A DNA stretch of 64,000 nucleotides from Eubacteriales bacterium (GCA_045577755.1 JAZNJA010000057.1:1052-65051), one strand, 5' to 3'; shown: positions 1 to 9,539, counted from the stretch's first letter. Made by a program: numbers and translations. The notes: generated by a model from the sequence alone, not told the origin.

Positions 1-1733
1 ATCTCGCGGAAAGCGGCGATACGATCAGCCTCGAAGAACATATGCTCGGTACGGCAGAGACCGATACCCTCAGCGCCCAGCTCGCGAGCCTTCTTAGCGT
101 CGGCGGGAGTGTCGGCGTTGGTGCGGACCTTCAGGGTGCGGAACTTGTCAGCCCAGCCCATGATGGTGCCGAAGTTGCCGGAGATCTCAGCGTCAACGGT
201 GGGGATGATACCGTCGTAGATCTTACCGGTGGAGCCGTCGATGGAGATGTAGTCGCCCTCGGCGTAGGTCTTGCCGGCCAGAGTGAACTTCTTGTTCTCC
301 TCGTCCATAGCGATCTCACCGCAACCGGAAACGCAGCACTTACCCATACCGCGGGCAACGACGGCTGCGTGGGAGGTCATACCACCGCGGACAGTCAGGA
401 TACCCTGAGAGGCCTTCATACCGGTGATGTCCTCGGGAGAGGTCTCGAGACGGACCAGAACGACCTTCTTACCGGCAGCATGCCAAGCCTCGGCGTCCTC
501 AGCGGAGAAGACGACCTGGCCGCAAGCGGCACCGGGAGAAGCGCCCTGACCCTTACCGACAGGGTTCGCTGCCTTCAGAGCCTTAGCGTCGAACTGGGGA
601 TGGAGAAGGGTGTCGAGGTTACGGGGGTCGATCATCAGAACGGCCTCCTCCTCGGTCTTGTGACCCTCGGCGACCAGATCGACAGCGATCTGGAGAGCTG
701 CGGGAGCAGTTCTCTTACCGTTACGGGTCTGGAGCATATAGAGGTTACCGTGCTCAACGGTGAACTCCATATCCTGCATATCGTGGTAGTGGTTCTCGAG
801 GATCTCGCAGACCTCGACGAACTTCTTGTAAGCCTCGGGGAACTTCTCAGCCATCTGAGCGATGGGCATGGGAGTACGGACACCTGCGACGACGTCCTCA
901 CCCTGAGCGTTGGTCAGGAACTCACCCATCATCTTCTTCTCGCCGGTAGCGGGATCGCGGGTGAAGGCAACACCGGTGCCGCAATCGTCACCCATGTTAC
1001 CGAACGCCATTGCCTGGACGTTAACGGCAGTACCCCAGCTGTAGGGGATGTCGTTGTCGCGGCGGTAGACGTTTGCGCGGGGGTTGTCCCAAGAACGGAA
1101 CACGGCCTTGACGGCGCCCATGAGCTGCTCCTTGGGGTCGGAGGGGAAGTCGGAACCGATCTTAGCCTTGTACTCGGCCTTGAACTGGTTAGCCAGCTCC
1201 TTGAGGTCCTCGGCGGTCAGCTCGACGTCGAGCTTCACACCCTTCTCTTCCTTCATCTTATCGATGAGCTCCTCGAAGTACTTCTTACCGACCTCCATAA
1301 CGACGTCGGAGTACATCTGGATGAAACGGCGGTAGCAGTCGTAAGCCCAACGAGCGTTGCCGGACTTCTCAGCCATGACCTCAACGACCTGCTCGTTGAG
1401 ACCCAGGTTCAGAATGGTATCCATCATACCAGGCATGGAAGCGCGTGCGCCGGAGCGGACGGAAACCAGCAGGGGGTTCTCGAGATCACCAAACTTCTTA
1501 CCGGTGACAGCCTCCATCTTGACGATGTACTCGTTGATCTCAGCCTGGATCTCAGGGTTGATCTGACGGCCATCCTCGTAGTACTGGGTGCAGGCCTCGG
1601 TGCTGATGGTGAAGCCCTGGGGAACGGGCAGACCGATGTTGGTCATCTCGGCCAGGTTGGCGCCCTTACCGCCCAGAAGCTCACGCATGTTTGCGTTACC
1701 TTCGGTGAACAGGTAACAATACTTGTTTGCCAT
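1..1733 (-). CDS. ppdK: pyruvate, phosphate dikinase, N-terminal ~577 codons (3' end runs off the window)
   Basis: Minus-strand translation from ATG at 1733 reads MANKYCYLFTEGNANMRELLGGKGANLAEMT. It contains the phosphohistidine loop TVRGGMTSHAAVVARGMG and reaches the window edge in GAEGIGLCRTEHMFFEADRI. It is absent from the ORF track because there is no stop in the window. The listed + ORF 42..1754 is its antisense shadow. Confidence 0.95.
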   Translation of the reverse strand, partial: MANKYCYLFTEGNANMRELLGGKGANLAEMTNIGLPVPQGFTISTEACTQYYEDGRQINPEIQAEINEYIVKMEAVTGKKFGDLENPLLVSVRSGARASMPGMMDTILNLGLNEQVVEVMAEKSGNARWAYDCYRRFIQMYSDVVMEVGKKYFEELIDKMKEEKGVKLDVELTAEDLKELANQFKAEYKAKIGSDFPSDPKEQLMGAVKAVFRSWDNPRANVYRRDNDIPYSWGTAVNVQAMAFGNMGDDCGTGVAFTRDPATGEKKMMGEFLTNAQGEDVVAGVRTPMPIAQMAEKFPEAYKKFVEVCEILENHYHDMQDMEFTVEHGNLYMLQTRNGKRTAPAALQIAVDLVAEGHKTEEEAVLMIDPRNLDTLLHPQFDAKALKAANPVGKGQGASPGAACGQVVFSAEDAEAWHAAGKKVVLVRLETSPEDITGMKASQGILTVRGGMTSHAAVVARGMGKCCVSGCGEIAMDEENKKFTLAGKTYAEGDYISIDGSTGKIYDGIIPTVDAEISGNFGTIMGWADKFRTLKVRTNADTPADAKKARELGAEGIGLCRTEHMFFEADRIAAFRE

Positions 1734-1918
1734 TGGTGTGTCCTCCATATATAGAATTTTTTATAAACAGGATCTCGGCCGGAGAGAGTGCGGACAAGCC
1801 CTCCAAACCATCGTATATTATACCATATTCTTCCCCGTTTGAAAACACTTTTCGCGAAATTTCATTCAATTAAAATATGTAAATATTTTGTGAACAAGTA
1901 AAATTTCACAAAAAGAAT

Positions 1919-1947
1919 TTGACAGGAGGGCGGAGAATGTGTATAAT
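1919..1947 (+). promoter_or_regulatory. sigma-70-like promoter (TTGACA-17-TATAAT) for the LRR gene
   Basis: TTGACA at 1919-1924, a 17-nt spacer, and TATAAT at 1942-1947, about 45 nt upstream of the ATG at 1993. Confidence 0.5.
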
Positions 1948-1992
1948 GTTATATATCGCCTCTTTTACGCAAACGAACAGGAGAAATATATC

Positions 1993-2874
1993 ATGAAGCA
2001 ATGTCCGAAATGCAAAGCCATATCCAAATATGAGGATGCCAACTTCTGTACAAAATGCGGGGCGGATCTGCGCATATCTTCGCCCCCTGCTCCTCCCTCT
2101 TTCAATCTGAAAGAGCTGATTCAGCAACTTGCCCCCTTTAAGGTGCATCGAAATCCCGATGGAGTCACATATACGATCATCGGCGTTACAAACCAATATT
2201 TAAAAACCGCCGAAATTCCCAACGTGGTAACAGACATCGGGAGCTACGCATTTTATGATTGTAAAGATCTCACGTCCGTCACTATTCCCGACAGCGTAAA
2301 GAGTATTGATAATCGCGCCTTCTGCAATTGCTCCAGCCTTACTTCCATTGTCATTCCAAACAGCGTAACGAGTATTGGTGATGAAGCATTTAGCTATTGC
2401 GGCTCCCTTGTGTCTGTGACCATTCCCGACAGTGTGAATTATATTGGTCAAAGTGCGTTTAACGAATGCATTTCTTTAACTTCCGTTATAATACCGAAGC
2501 ATGTGCGCCATATCAAGAGTTCTGCATTCCATAACTGTCATTCACTTCAATCGGTGGTCATCCCCAACGGCATGATTTCCATCGAGAGCGCGGCGTTCCG
2601 ATACTGCAGTTCCCTAATGTCCGTGACCATTCCTAATAGTGTGACAAGCATCGGTGAAAGCGCTTTTCAAGAATGTCGCTCTCTGCAAGACATCATCATT
2701 CCAAGCAGTGTGATCAGCATTGGAGAAAATGCGTTCCAACACTGCAAATCCCTCAGGTCCGTCACCATTCCCGACAGCGTACAGGAAATCGGCAAGAACG
2801 CGTTCGCCGACTGTCCCTCCTTAACCGACATCAACGCGCCCCATCGCTTCCTAGATCAGTTTCTATATATGTAA
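1993..2874 (+). CDS. zinc-ribbon plus BspA-type leucine-rich-repeat protein (no signal peptide seen)
   Basis: The ORF track gives 1939..2874. The preferred start is ATG 1993, preceded by AGGAG. The N-terminus has CPKCKAISKYEDANFCTKCG (CxxC..CxxC). About 11 tandem ~23-aa repeats of the form L.S..IP.SV..I...AF..C..L follow. Local GC is clearly lower than in the flanking genes. Confidence 0.8.
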   Translation: MKQCPKCKAISKYEDANFCTKCGADLRISSPPAPPSFNLKELIQQLAPFKVHRNPDGVTYTIIGVTNQYLKTAEIPNVVTDIGSYAFYDCKDLTSVTIPDSVKSIDNRAFCNCSSLTSIVIPNSVTSIGDEAFSYCGSLVSVTIPDSVNYIGQSAFNECISLTSVIIPKHVRHIKSSAFHNCHSLQSVVIPNGMISIESAAFRYCSSLMSVTIPNSVTSIGESAFQECRSLQDIIIPSSVISIGENAFQHCKSLRSVTIPDSVQEIGKNAFADCPSLTDINAPHRFLDQFLYM

Positions 2875-2915
2875 CCGTTTTGATTCTCTAATCCATCAAT
2901 TGAAAAGGACCCCCC

Positions 2916-3554
2916 ATGACCGACATATTCGACATCTTCAAGCGTCTTGAACAGAACAAGACCGCTCCCTCCACCACCCCCATCACCCATCTTCTGGTGG
3001 GTCTGGGCAACCCCGGCAAGCAGTACGCCCTGACCCGCCACAACGCGGGATGGCTCTGCATGGATAAGGTCTGTGAGACCTACCACTGCCCCACCGACCG
3101 CTCCAAATTCAACGCATTGGTGGGCGAGACCACCATCGCGGGTGCCAGAGTCCTGCTCATGCGCCCCCAGACCTACATGAACGCCTCGGGCGAGGCCGTG
3201 GCCGCCGCCGCCAAGTTCTACAAGATCGAGCCCGCGCATATCATCGTCTGCTCGGATGACGTGAGTCTCGACGTAGGCGGGATGCGGGTGCGCGGAAAAG
3301 GCTCCGACGGAGGCCAGCGCGGTCTGCGGAGCATCATCGACGAGCTGGGCACCGATGCCTTCCCCCGCATCCGCTTCGGCGTGGGCAAGAAGCCTCATCC
3401 CGACTACGACATGAAGGACTGGGTGCTGTCCACCTTCGCCCCCTCCGAGCTGGAAAAGCTCCGCTCCCTCTTCCCCATCGCCTGCGAGGGCATCGAGCGG
3501 CTCATCAAGGATGACCTTGACGGGGCCATGCAGGTCTGCAACCGCAAGGGATAA
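2916..3554 (+). CDS. pth: peptidyl-tRNA hydrolase
   Basis: LLVGLGNPGKQYALTRHNAGW plus QTYMNASGEAV motifs, 212 aa, and the canonical position upstream of mfd. Confidence 0.95.
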   Translation: MTDIFDIFKRLEQNKTAPSTTPITHLLVGLGNPGKQYALTRHNAGWLCMDKVCETYHCPTDRSKFNALVGETTIAGARVLLMRPQTYMNASGEAVAAAAKFYKIEPAHIIVCSDDVSLDVGGMRVRGKGSDGGQRGLRSIIDELGTDAFPRIRFGVGKKPHPDYDMKDWVLSTFAPSELEKLRSLFPIACEGIERLIKDDLDGAMQVCNRKG

Positions 3555-3628
3555 GCCATCATACACACCGTTTCGGTAGCGTTTGACCCCCCATGGGGGA
3601 GAAAATGCTACCCTTTCGGCGTTTTCAC

Positions 3629-3844
3629 GCGCCCATCAGGGCGCATATCGAGCCGCGATAGCGGCATATCGAACCGCGGGGCGTATACCGCGCGGTATAT
3701 CGAGCATCCTTCAGGATGCATATCGACAGGTTATATAAAGTCGATATACGCCTTGCGGCGTTCGATATGTGCGCCGCTTCGCGCCGCCCTCGATATTCCG
3801 CCCGGGCGTTGCCCGTAGCGGATCGATATGCCCCCTTCGGGGGC
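3629..3844. repeat. array of 8 short GC-rich hairpins, each abutting the heptamer ATATCGA (4 units) or its complement TCGATAT (4 units)
   Basis: ATATCGA occurs at 3645, 3666, 3697 and 3720. TCGATAT occurs at 3741, 3762, 3790 and 3823. The hairpins include GCGCCC-atca-GGGCGC, GCCGC-gata-GCGGC, GCATCC-ttca-GGATGC, ACGCC-ttgc-GGCGT and GCCCCC-ttc-GGGGGC. The AT-rich centre is at 3727-3740. Confidence 0.8.
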
Positions 3845-3872
3845 GAGTTCTATCTCCACAGAAAGGAACCCT

Positions 3873-6800
3873 ATGAACCTTCTCACCTCCGCCATCCGCA
3901 CCGACCCCGAGTACGGTCAGCTTCTCGCCGCCGTCCGCCGGAATTTCAAGGATAAGCCTCTGCCCATCCTGGCCAACGGCCTGTGCGAGGGTGCCTCCGA
4001 GGCCTTTATCATTTCGCTTATTGAGGACACCTGTCTGTTCAATACCGCCACCAAAACCACCAAGAGGACTGCTCTGATCATCTGCCCCGAGGAGAAGGAC
4101 TGCGTCCGCATGAAGCAGACCCTGAATCGGTTCGGTCTCAAGGCCGCCTTCTACACCGCCCGCGATCTCTCCTTCTACGGCGCGGGGGTCACCGCCTCCC
4201 ACGAGTACGAGCATGAGCGGCTGAAGGTGCTGGCGGGACTCATCACGGGGGGCTACGATGCCGTCATCACCACCCCCGACGCGGCTTTGGGCTACACCAT
4301 CCCCCCCGACAAGCTCCGCGCTACCTCGGTGCATCTGGACTACTCCCTTCCCGTGGATCTGGCGGGGCTGACCGCCTCACTGGTGGCGGCGGGATATGCC
4401 CGCGTGGACATGGTGGAGGGGCCCGGTCAGTTCGCCCTGCGGGGCGGCATCATTGACGTCTGCGCCCCCTACGGCACCTACGTGGACGACGACGGGGAAT
4501 CCATCGAGGGCTCTTATCCCCTGCGCGTAGAGCTGTTCGGGGACGACATCGACCGTATGGGGCTGTTCGATCCCGAATCCCAGCGCATGACCCGGGCCAT
4601 CGACGAGGCCGATCTGCTCCCCGCCAGAGAGCTGCTCACCAACGGTGAGGGTCTTTCCAAGCTAGAGGAGGTCATCCGCGCTCAGCGCAAGACCGCTGCG
4701 GGACGGGCTCCCGAGGCCGCGAGGGTGTTGGACGAGGAGCTGGCCGCCATCTCCGCCGCCCGCCGCGCCCAAAATCCCACGGGGGCCGAGCTGAATTTTC
4801 TGGATAAATACATGAAGGTGCTCTACCCCGAGTGCGCCTGTCTTCTGGATTATTTTCCCGAAAAGACCCTGTTTCTCATCCGCAACAATTCCGCCGTAAA
4901 TGACCGGCTCAAGGCGGGGGAGTGGCAGATGAACGAGACCATCAAGAGCCTCATCGAGGCGGGGACCATCGCGGGCAAGCACGCCGAGTACCAGAAGCCC
5001 ACCACCGCCTTTGATCTCTTCCTGGACCGCAACGCCACGGTCCACGTGGATTCCCTGTCATACGGTATGTCGGGCAAGCGGCTGGGGGGTATCTTCGGCT
5101 TCCGCACCAAGCACATGATCTCCTACGCCGAGAACTTCAAGCTCCTCTGCGAGGATCTCACCGCCTATATGCGGTCGGGCCACCGCCTGGCCGTCATCGC
5201 CGAGAACGAGGCCGCCGCCCACAATCTGGCCGAGATGCTGGACGAGGCGGGCTTTGACAGCGTCATCCCCAAGGAAGGGAGCATGGATAATGCCGCCGAT
5301 ATGCCCAAGGGCATGGTGGTGATCCTCTGGCGGGACTACCTCTTCGGCTACGAGCTGATCGTTCCCAAGATCGCCATTCTCTCCACCAACCCCGACGGAA
5401 GAACCGGCGCCCTTTCCACCGCCGCCATTCGCTCCCGCAAGCAAAAGGCCATGGCGGAGAAGGCCAAGAAGAAAAATTCCAAGACCATCCTCTCCTTCAA
5501 CGAGCTGGACGTGGGGGATATCGTGGTCCACGAGACCTACGGTATCGGTCAGTACACGGGCATCGAGACCTTGACCACCGCGGGGGTGACCCGTGACTAC
5601 ATCGGCATCAAGTACGCGGGGACGGATAAGCTCTTCATCCCCGTGGAGAAGCTGGACATGGTGTCCAAGTACATCGGCGCCCATGCCGACGACGGTATGG
5701 TCAAGCTCTCCAAGCTGGGAACAGACCACTGGAACAAGACCAAGGCCAGAACCAAGGCCATGGTCAAGGAGATGGCCAAGGACCTCATCAAGCTCTACGC
5801 CGAGCGCCTCCGCCGCCCCGGCTACGCCTTCTCCCCCGACGACGATTTTCAGCGGGACTTTGAGGCCGCCTTCGAGTACGAGGAGACCGCGGGTCAGCTG
5901 GCCGCCATTGACGACATCAAGGCGGATATGATGCGCCCCACCCCCATGGACCGCCTGCTCTGCGGCGACGTGGGCTACGGCAAGACCGAGGTGGCTTTGC
6001 GCGCCGCCTTCAAGGCCGTCACCGACGGCAAGCAGGTGGCGGTGCTGGTGCCCACCACCATTCTGGCCCTCCAGCACTACCAGACCTTCACCCGCCGTAT
6101 GCGCGCCTTCTCGGTGAACGTGGATATGCTCTCCCGCTTCAAGACCCCCAAGGAGCAGGAGCAGACTCTCCGCCGCCTGGAGCGGGGGGACGTGGACGTG
6201 GTCATCGGCACCCACCGACTGTTGGGTAAGGATATCAGCTTCCGCGATCTGGGTCTGCTCATTGTGGACGAGGAGCAGCGCTTCGGCGTGGCGCAGAAGG
6301 AAAAGCTCAAGCAGCTCTGCGGCAACATCGACGTGCTGACCCTGTCGGCCACCCCCATTCCCCGTACCCTGAACATGGCCATGGGCGGTATCCGCGACAT
6401 CTCCATTCTGGACGAGGCTCCCGTGGACCGTCTGCCCGTACAGACCTACGTGCTGGAGCACGACGACCTCATCATCCACGAGGCCATCCGCAAGGAACTG
6501 CGCCGCGGCGGTCAGGTCTTCTACCTCCACAACGTGGTGGAGAACATTGACCAGCTGGCGGGATCTTTGGCTAAGGCCATTCCCGATGCCCGCATCACCG
6601 TAGCCCACGGCAAGATGGACAAGGAGCAACTGGAGGAGATCTGGGAGCGGATGCTTCTGGGTGAGATCGACATTCTGGTCTGCACCACCATCATTGAGAC
6701 GGGTGTGGACATTCCCAACGCCAACACCCTCATCGTGGACTGCGCCGAGCGGTTGGGTCTGTCCCAGCTCCACCAGCTCCGCGGCCGTGTGGGCCGATCT

Positions 6801-7514
6801 GCCCGCCGCGCCTACGCCTACTTCACCTACCGCCCCGGTAAGGCCATCTCCGAGATCGCCGAGAAGCGCCTGGGCGCCATCCGCGAGTACGCCGAGTTCG
6901 GCGCGGGCTTCCGTATCGCCCTCAGAGATATGGAGATCCGCGGCACGGGCAACCTCCTGGGCGCCGAGCAGCACGGACACATGGAGGCCGTGGGCTACGA
7001 TCTATACATCAAGCTTCTCAACGACGCCGTTCTGGAGGAGAGAGGAGAAAAGCCCCCGGAGAAAAAGGACTGCACGGTATCGGTCAATATCTCGGCCTTC
7101 CTCCCCGACTCCTACGTCCGCTATCCCTCCCAGCGCATGGCCCTCTATAAGCGCATCGCCCTCATCCGCAACCGGGACGACATGGAGGACATGACCGACG
7201 AGCTATGTGACCGCTACGGTGACCTTCCCGCCCCCGCCGTCAACCTGTTGGATATCGCCCTGGCCCGCGCTCTGGCCGAGGCCTGCGGAGTGACCTCCAT
7301 CCGCCAGGAGGGCAACACCGTATTCTTCACCCAGGATCATCTGGACATCGATATCTGGAGTGAGCTTTCAGACGTGACCAAGGGTCGCATCCGCTTCTCG
7401 GGCATGAGCAAGGACGCCTCGGTCAAGCTCCAGCTCCGCGGCGGAGAGGATATGATGGGGATTATTCACAAAATATTTGAAAAATATCTCTCTTTGAGTC
7501 ACGAGGAGGGGTAG
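3873..7514 (+). CDS. mfd: transcription-repair coupling factor
   Basis: The ORF track gives 3828..7514. The preferred start is ATG 3873, after GAAAGGAA. Helicase motifs LLCGDVGYGKTEVALRAAF, DEEQRFGV and QLHQLRGRVGRS are present, and the gene follows pth as is usual. Confidence 0.95.
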   Translation: MNLLTSAIRTDPEYGQLLAAVRRNFKDKPLPILANGLCEGASEAFIISLIEDTCLFNTATKTTKRTALIICPEEKDCVRMKQTLNRFGLKAAFYTARDLSFYGAGVTASHEYEHERLKVLAGLITGGYDAVITTPDAALGYTIPPDKLRATSVHLDYSLPVDLAGLTASLVAAGYARVDMVEGPGQFALRGGIIDVCAPYGTYVDDDGESIEGSYPLRVELFGDDIDRMGLFDPESQRMTRAIDEADLLPARELLTNGEGLSKLEEVIRAQRKTAAGRAPEAARVLDEELAAISAARRAQNPTGAELNFLDKYMKVLYPECACLLDYFPEKTLFLIRNNSAVNDRLKAGEWQMNETIKSLIEAGTIAGKHAEYQKPTTAFDLFLDRNATVHVDSLSYGMSGKRLGGIFGFRTKHMISYAENFKLLCEDLTAYMRSGHRLAVIAENEAAAHNLAEMLDEAGFDSVIPKEGSMDNAADMPKGMVVILWRDYLFGYELIVPKIAILSTNPDGRTGALSTAAIRSRKQKAMAEKAKKKNSKTILSFNELDVGDIVVHETYGIGQYTGIETLTTAGVTRDYIGIKYAGTDKLFIPVEKLDMVSKYIGAHADDGMVKLSKLGTDHWNKTKARTKAMVKEMAKDLIKLYAERLRRPGYAFSPDDDFQRDFEAAFEYEETAGQLAAIDDIKADMMRPTPMDRLLCGDVGYGKTEVALRAAFKAVTDGKQVAVLVPTTILALQHYQTFTRRMRAFSVNVDMLSRFKTPKEQEQTLRRLERGDVDVVIGTHRLLGKDISFRDLGLLIVDEEQRFGVAQKEKLKQLCGNIDVLTLSATPIPRTLNMAMGGIRDISILDEAPVDRLPVQTYVLEHDDLIIHEAIRKELRRGGQVFYLHNVVENIDQLAGSLAKAIPDARITVAHGKMDKEQLEEIWERMLLGEIDILVCTTIIETGVDIPNANTLIVDCAERLGLSQLHQLRGRVGRSARRAYAYFTYRPGKAISEIAEKRLGAIREYAEFGAGFRIALRDMEIRGTGNLLGAEQHGHMEAVGYDLYIKLLNDAVLEERGEKPPEKKDCTVSVNISAFLPDSYVRYPSQRMALYKRIALIRNRDDMEDMTDELCDRYGDLPAPAVNLLDIALARALAEACGVTSIRQEGNTVFFTQDHLDIDIWSELSDVTKGRIRFSGMSKDASVKLQLRGGEDMMGIIHKIFEKYLSLSHEEG

Positions 7515-7592
7515 ACGGCTTCACAATTTTGTGATATAATAAGGAATTGTAATACCATCGGATAACAACCACAGGAAAGGATCCGTTTCTCT

Positions 7593-8909
7593 ATGAAAAC
7601 AATCTACTATCGCCGCGCTCTGGCGGTGCTTTTGGGACTGGCTCTTCTTCTGGCCGCCCTCTCTGTGACGGGCTGCTCCAAAAAGGCCACCCCTCTTCTG
7701 GAGCTGGACGGACAGAGCATTTCTGTCAACCAGTACCAGTTCCTTCTCGCCCGTGTCAAGGGCTCTCTGGCCCAGAACGGCTATTCGGTCAACAGCTCCG
7801 GCTTCTGGGACGTCATCGTGGATTCCAACGGAGTCACCTATGACGAGTACTTCCGTCAGGCCGTGCTGACCGACGCCCGCCGCTACCTCGCCGCACTCGC
7901 CATCTTCGAGGAGGAGGGTCTGAGCCTCTCCAAGAGCGATCTGGACGCCATCGACGAGGATATTGAGGAGTACATCCGCGACGCGGGCTCCAAGTCCGCC
8001 CTCAACGCCACCCTGGCGACCTATGGCATCAACGTGGATATGCTCCGCGAGCTGTACGTCATTGAGGCCAAGTACGCCTACGTGCAGAATTTCATCTACG
8101 GTACCGACGGCTCCCTCATCGGCGCGCAGCCCCGTCTGGACTACCTGCAGGAGCACGCCGTATGCTTCCGCCAGGTGCTGATCCGCTCCTTTGATTACGT
8201 GTACGACACCGATACCAACGGTGACGTCATCTACTACCAGCCCGACGAGAACAACGCCCGAATCAACAACATCGCCTACGATACCGTTAACGGCAACACC
8301 CGCCTGGACGAAAAGGGCAAGAACATCGTGGATAAGAACGGTGACGACGTCTACTACCTCCCCAACGGAAAGATCGCCTACGACAAGGTGAACGGCGTCC
8401 GCGCCATTACCTACGACAAGGATGGCAACGCCAAGGTCGTTCAGTACTCCGCCGAGGAGCTGGCCGCTCACAAGGAGGCCGCCGAGGAGATCATGGCCGA
8501 CGTGGCCAAGGGCGACTACGGCAGCTTCGAGTCACTGCTGGCCTCCTATGAGAACGGTGACGATGACGCCTTTGTCACCGACGGCGACTACTGCTTCCTG
8601 TACACCACCGGAGACAACAGCTACGACTACCTCAACGACATCGCCGACGCCCTGGCTGAGGCAGAGGAGGGAGAGATCCGCATCGTTTCCTCGGAGTACG
8701 GCTATAACGTGGTCATGAAGTACCCCATCCCCCAGGATGCCGTCACCAATTCCGCCTACGAGGATTGGTTCACCGACCTGGTCACCCGTGTGAAGGCCAA
8801 GCTTTTCCACGAGAAGTGCAGCCCCTACATGGACCGTGTGACGGTGGACAAGGAGGCATTCTCCTCCCTTCCCTCCATGAAGGATATCGGCGCCAATTAC
8901 TATTACTGA
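7593..8909 (+). CDS. lipoprotein, SurA-N/PrsA-like foldase homologue with a degenerate parvulin region
   Basis: The signal peptide and lipobox read LLAALSVTGC. The gene sits downstream of mfd, where Firmicutes usually carry a PrsA-like PPIase. There is only weak parvulin-like start/end similarity (HAVCFRQVLI ... YGYNVVMKY), interrupted by a repeat-containing insertion. Confidence 0.55.
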   Translation: MKTIYYRRALAVLLGLALLLAALSVTGCSKKATPLLELDGQSISVNQYQFLLARVKGSLAQNGYSVNSSGFWDVIVDSNGVTYDEYFRQAVLTDARRYLAALAIFEEEGLSLSKSDLDAIDEDIEEYIRDAGSKSALNATLATYGINVDMLRELYVIEAKYAYVQNFIYGTDGSLIGAQPRLDYLQEHAVCFRQVLIRSFDYVYDTDTNGDVIYYQPDENNARINNIAYDTVNGNTRLDEKGKNIVDKNGDDVYYLPNGKIAYDKVNGVRAITYDKDGNAKVVQYSAEELAAHKEAAEEIMADVAKGDYGSFESLLASYENGDDDAFVTDGDYCFLYTTGDNSYDYLNDIADALAEAEEGEIRIVSSEYGYNVVMKYPIPQDAVTNSAYEDWFTDLVTRVKAKLFHEKCSPYMDRVTVDKEAFSSLPSMKDIGANYYY

Positions 8910-8921
8910 TACCTAAGCAAC

Positions 8922-8950
8922 AAAAAAAGCCCTGAGCAAGGGCTTTTTTT
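8922..8950. terminator. bidirectional intrinsic terminator between convergent genes
   Basis: AAAAAAAGCCCT-gagca-AGGGCTTTTTTT: a stem flanked by an A-run and a T-run. Confidence 0.8.
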
Positions 8951-8971
8951 GTTTATTTGTATAGGTCTCAG

Positions 8972-9526
8972 TCAGTCCTGTTTCAAGACAGCGGTACCGT
9001 CCGCGGAAAGAACGATGAAACGGCCGTCCTCATACAGGGCGTAGGAAGGGGGAAATCCACCCTTGGGAATGGAGACCGAGCCGGGGTTGAGCAGAAGGAC
9101 ACCGTCGGGGTTCTCCTCCAGCACGGGGATATGGGTATGCCCCGACAGAACCACGCTGCCCGCGGGGAGCTTGGGGAGATCATTCGCGGTGGGATTCGCG
9201 CCGCTTCGGTGGCCGTGGCAGGCGAACCACGTTTTACCGTCCACGAAAAGCAGGGCGGTTTCCGCCATGATGGGAAAGGGCAGGACCATCTGGTCCACCT
9301 CGGTATCGCAGTTGCCGCGGACGCAGAAGAGCTTATCGGCTTGCTCCGAGAGCATGGCGATGACCGCCTTTGGGTCGTAGCCCTCGGGGAGGTCGTTGCG
9401 GGGGCCGTGGTAGAGAAGGTCACCCAAAAGGATCAGGCGATCCGCGCCCGAGGCGGTGAAGGCATCCAGCAGCTTTTTGCAGGCGGTGGCCGAGCCGTGG
9501 AGGTCGGAGGCGATCATGAGCTTCAT
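8972..9526 (-). CDS. YfcE/MJ0936-family metallophosphoesterase
   Basis: The ORF track gives 8972..9628. The preferred start is ATG 9526, after AGAGGAGGAA. Motifs present are MKLMIASDLHGS, LLGDLLYHGPRN, RGNCD, GHGH and SGHTHIP. Confidence 0.85.
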   Translation of the reverse strand: MKLMIASDLHGSATACKKLLDAFTASGADRLILLGDLLYHGPRNDLPEGYDPKAVIAMLSEQADKLFCVRGNCDTEVDQMVLPFPIMAETALLFVDGKTWFACHGHRSGANPTANDLPKLPAGSVVLSGHTHIPVLEENPDGVLLLNPGSVSIPKGGFPPSYALYEDGRFIVLSADGTAVLKQD

Positions 9527-9539
9527 GGTGTTCCTCCTC

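Noticed and set aside
42-1754. 570-aa + strand ORF from the track
   Set aside because: It is the antisense shadow of ppdK. Its composition is low-complexity and rich in G/V/L/D/T with no motifs, while the minus strand gives a textbook PPDK sequence.
1886-1913. TTTGTGAA-N10-TTCACAAA inverted repeat upstream of ppdK as a CRP/FNR-type site
   Set aside because: The spacing does not fit the TGTGA-N6-TCACA class, and there is only one occurrence. It is too weak to call.
3629-3844. Possible CRISPR array, tRNA-like or small RNA gene
   Set aside because: The conserved unit is only 7 nt. There is no cloverleaf or known RNA family signature that I can see, so I report it as a repeat array instead.
5058-6980. 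640-aa minus-strand ORF
   Set aside because: It is antisense to mfd, a typical high-GC shadow ORF.
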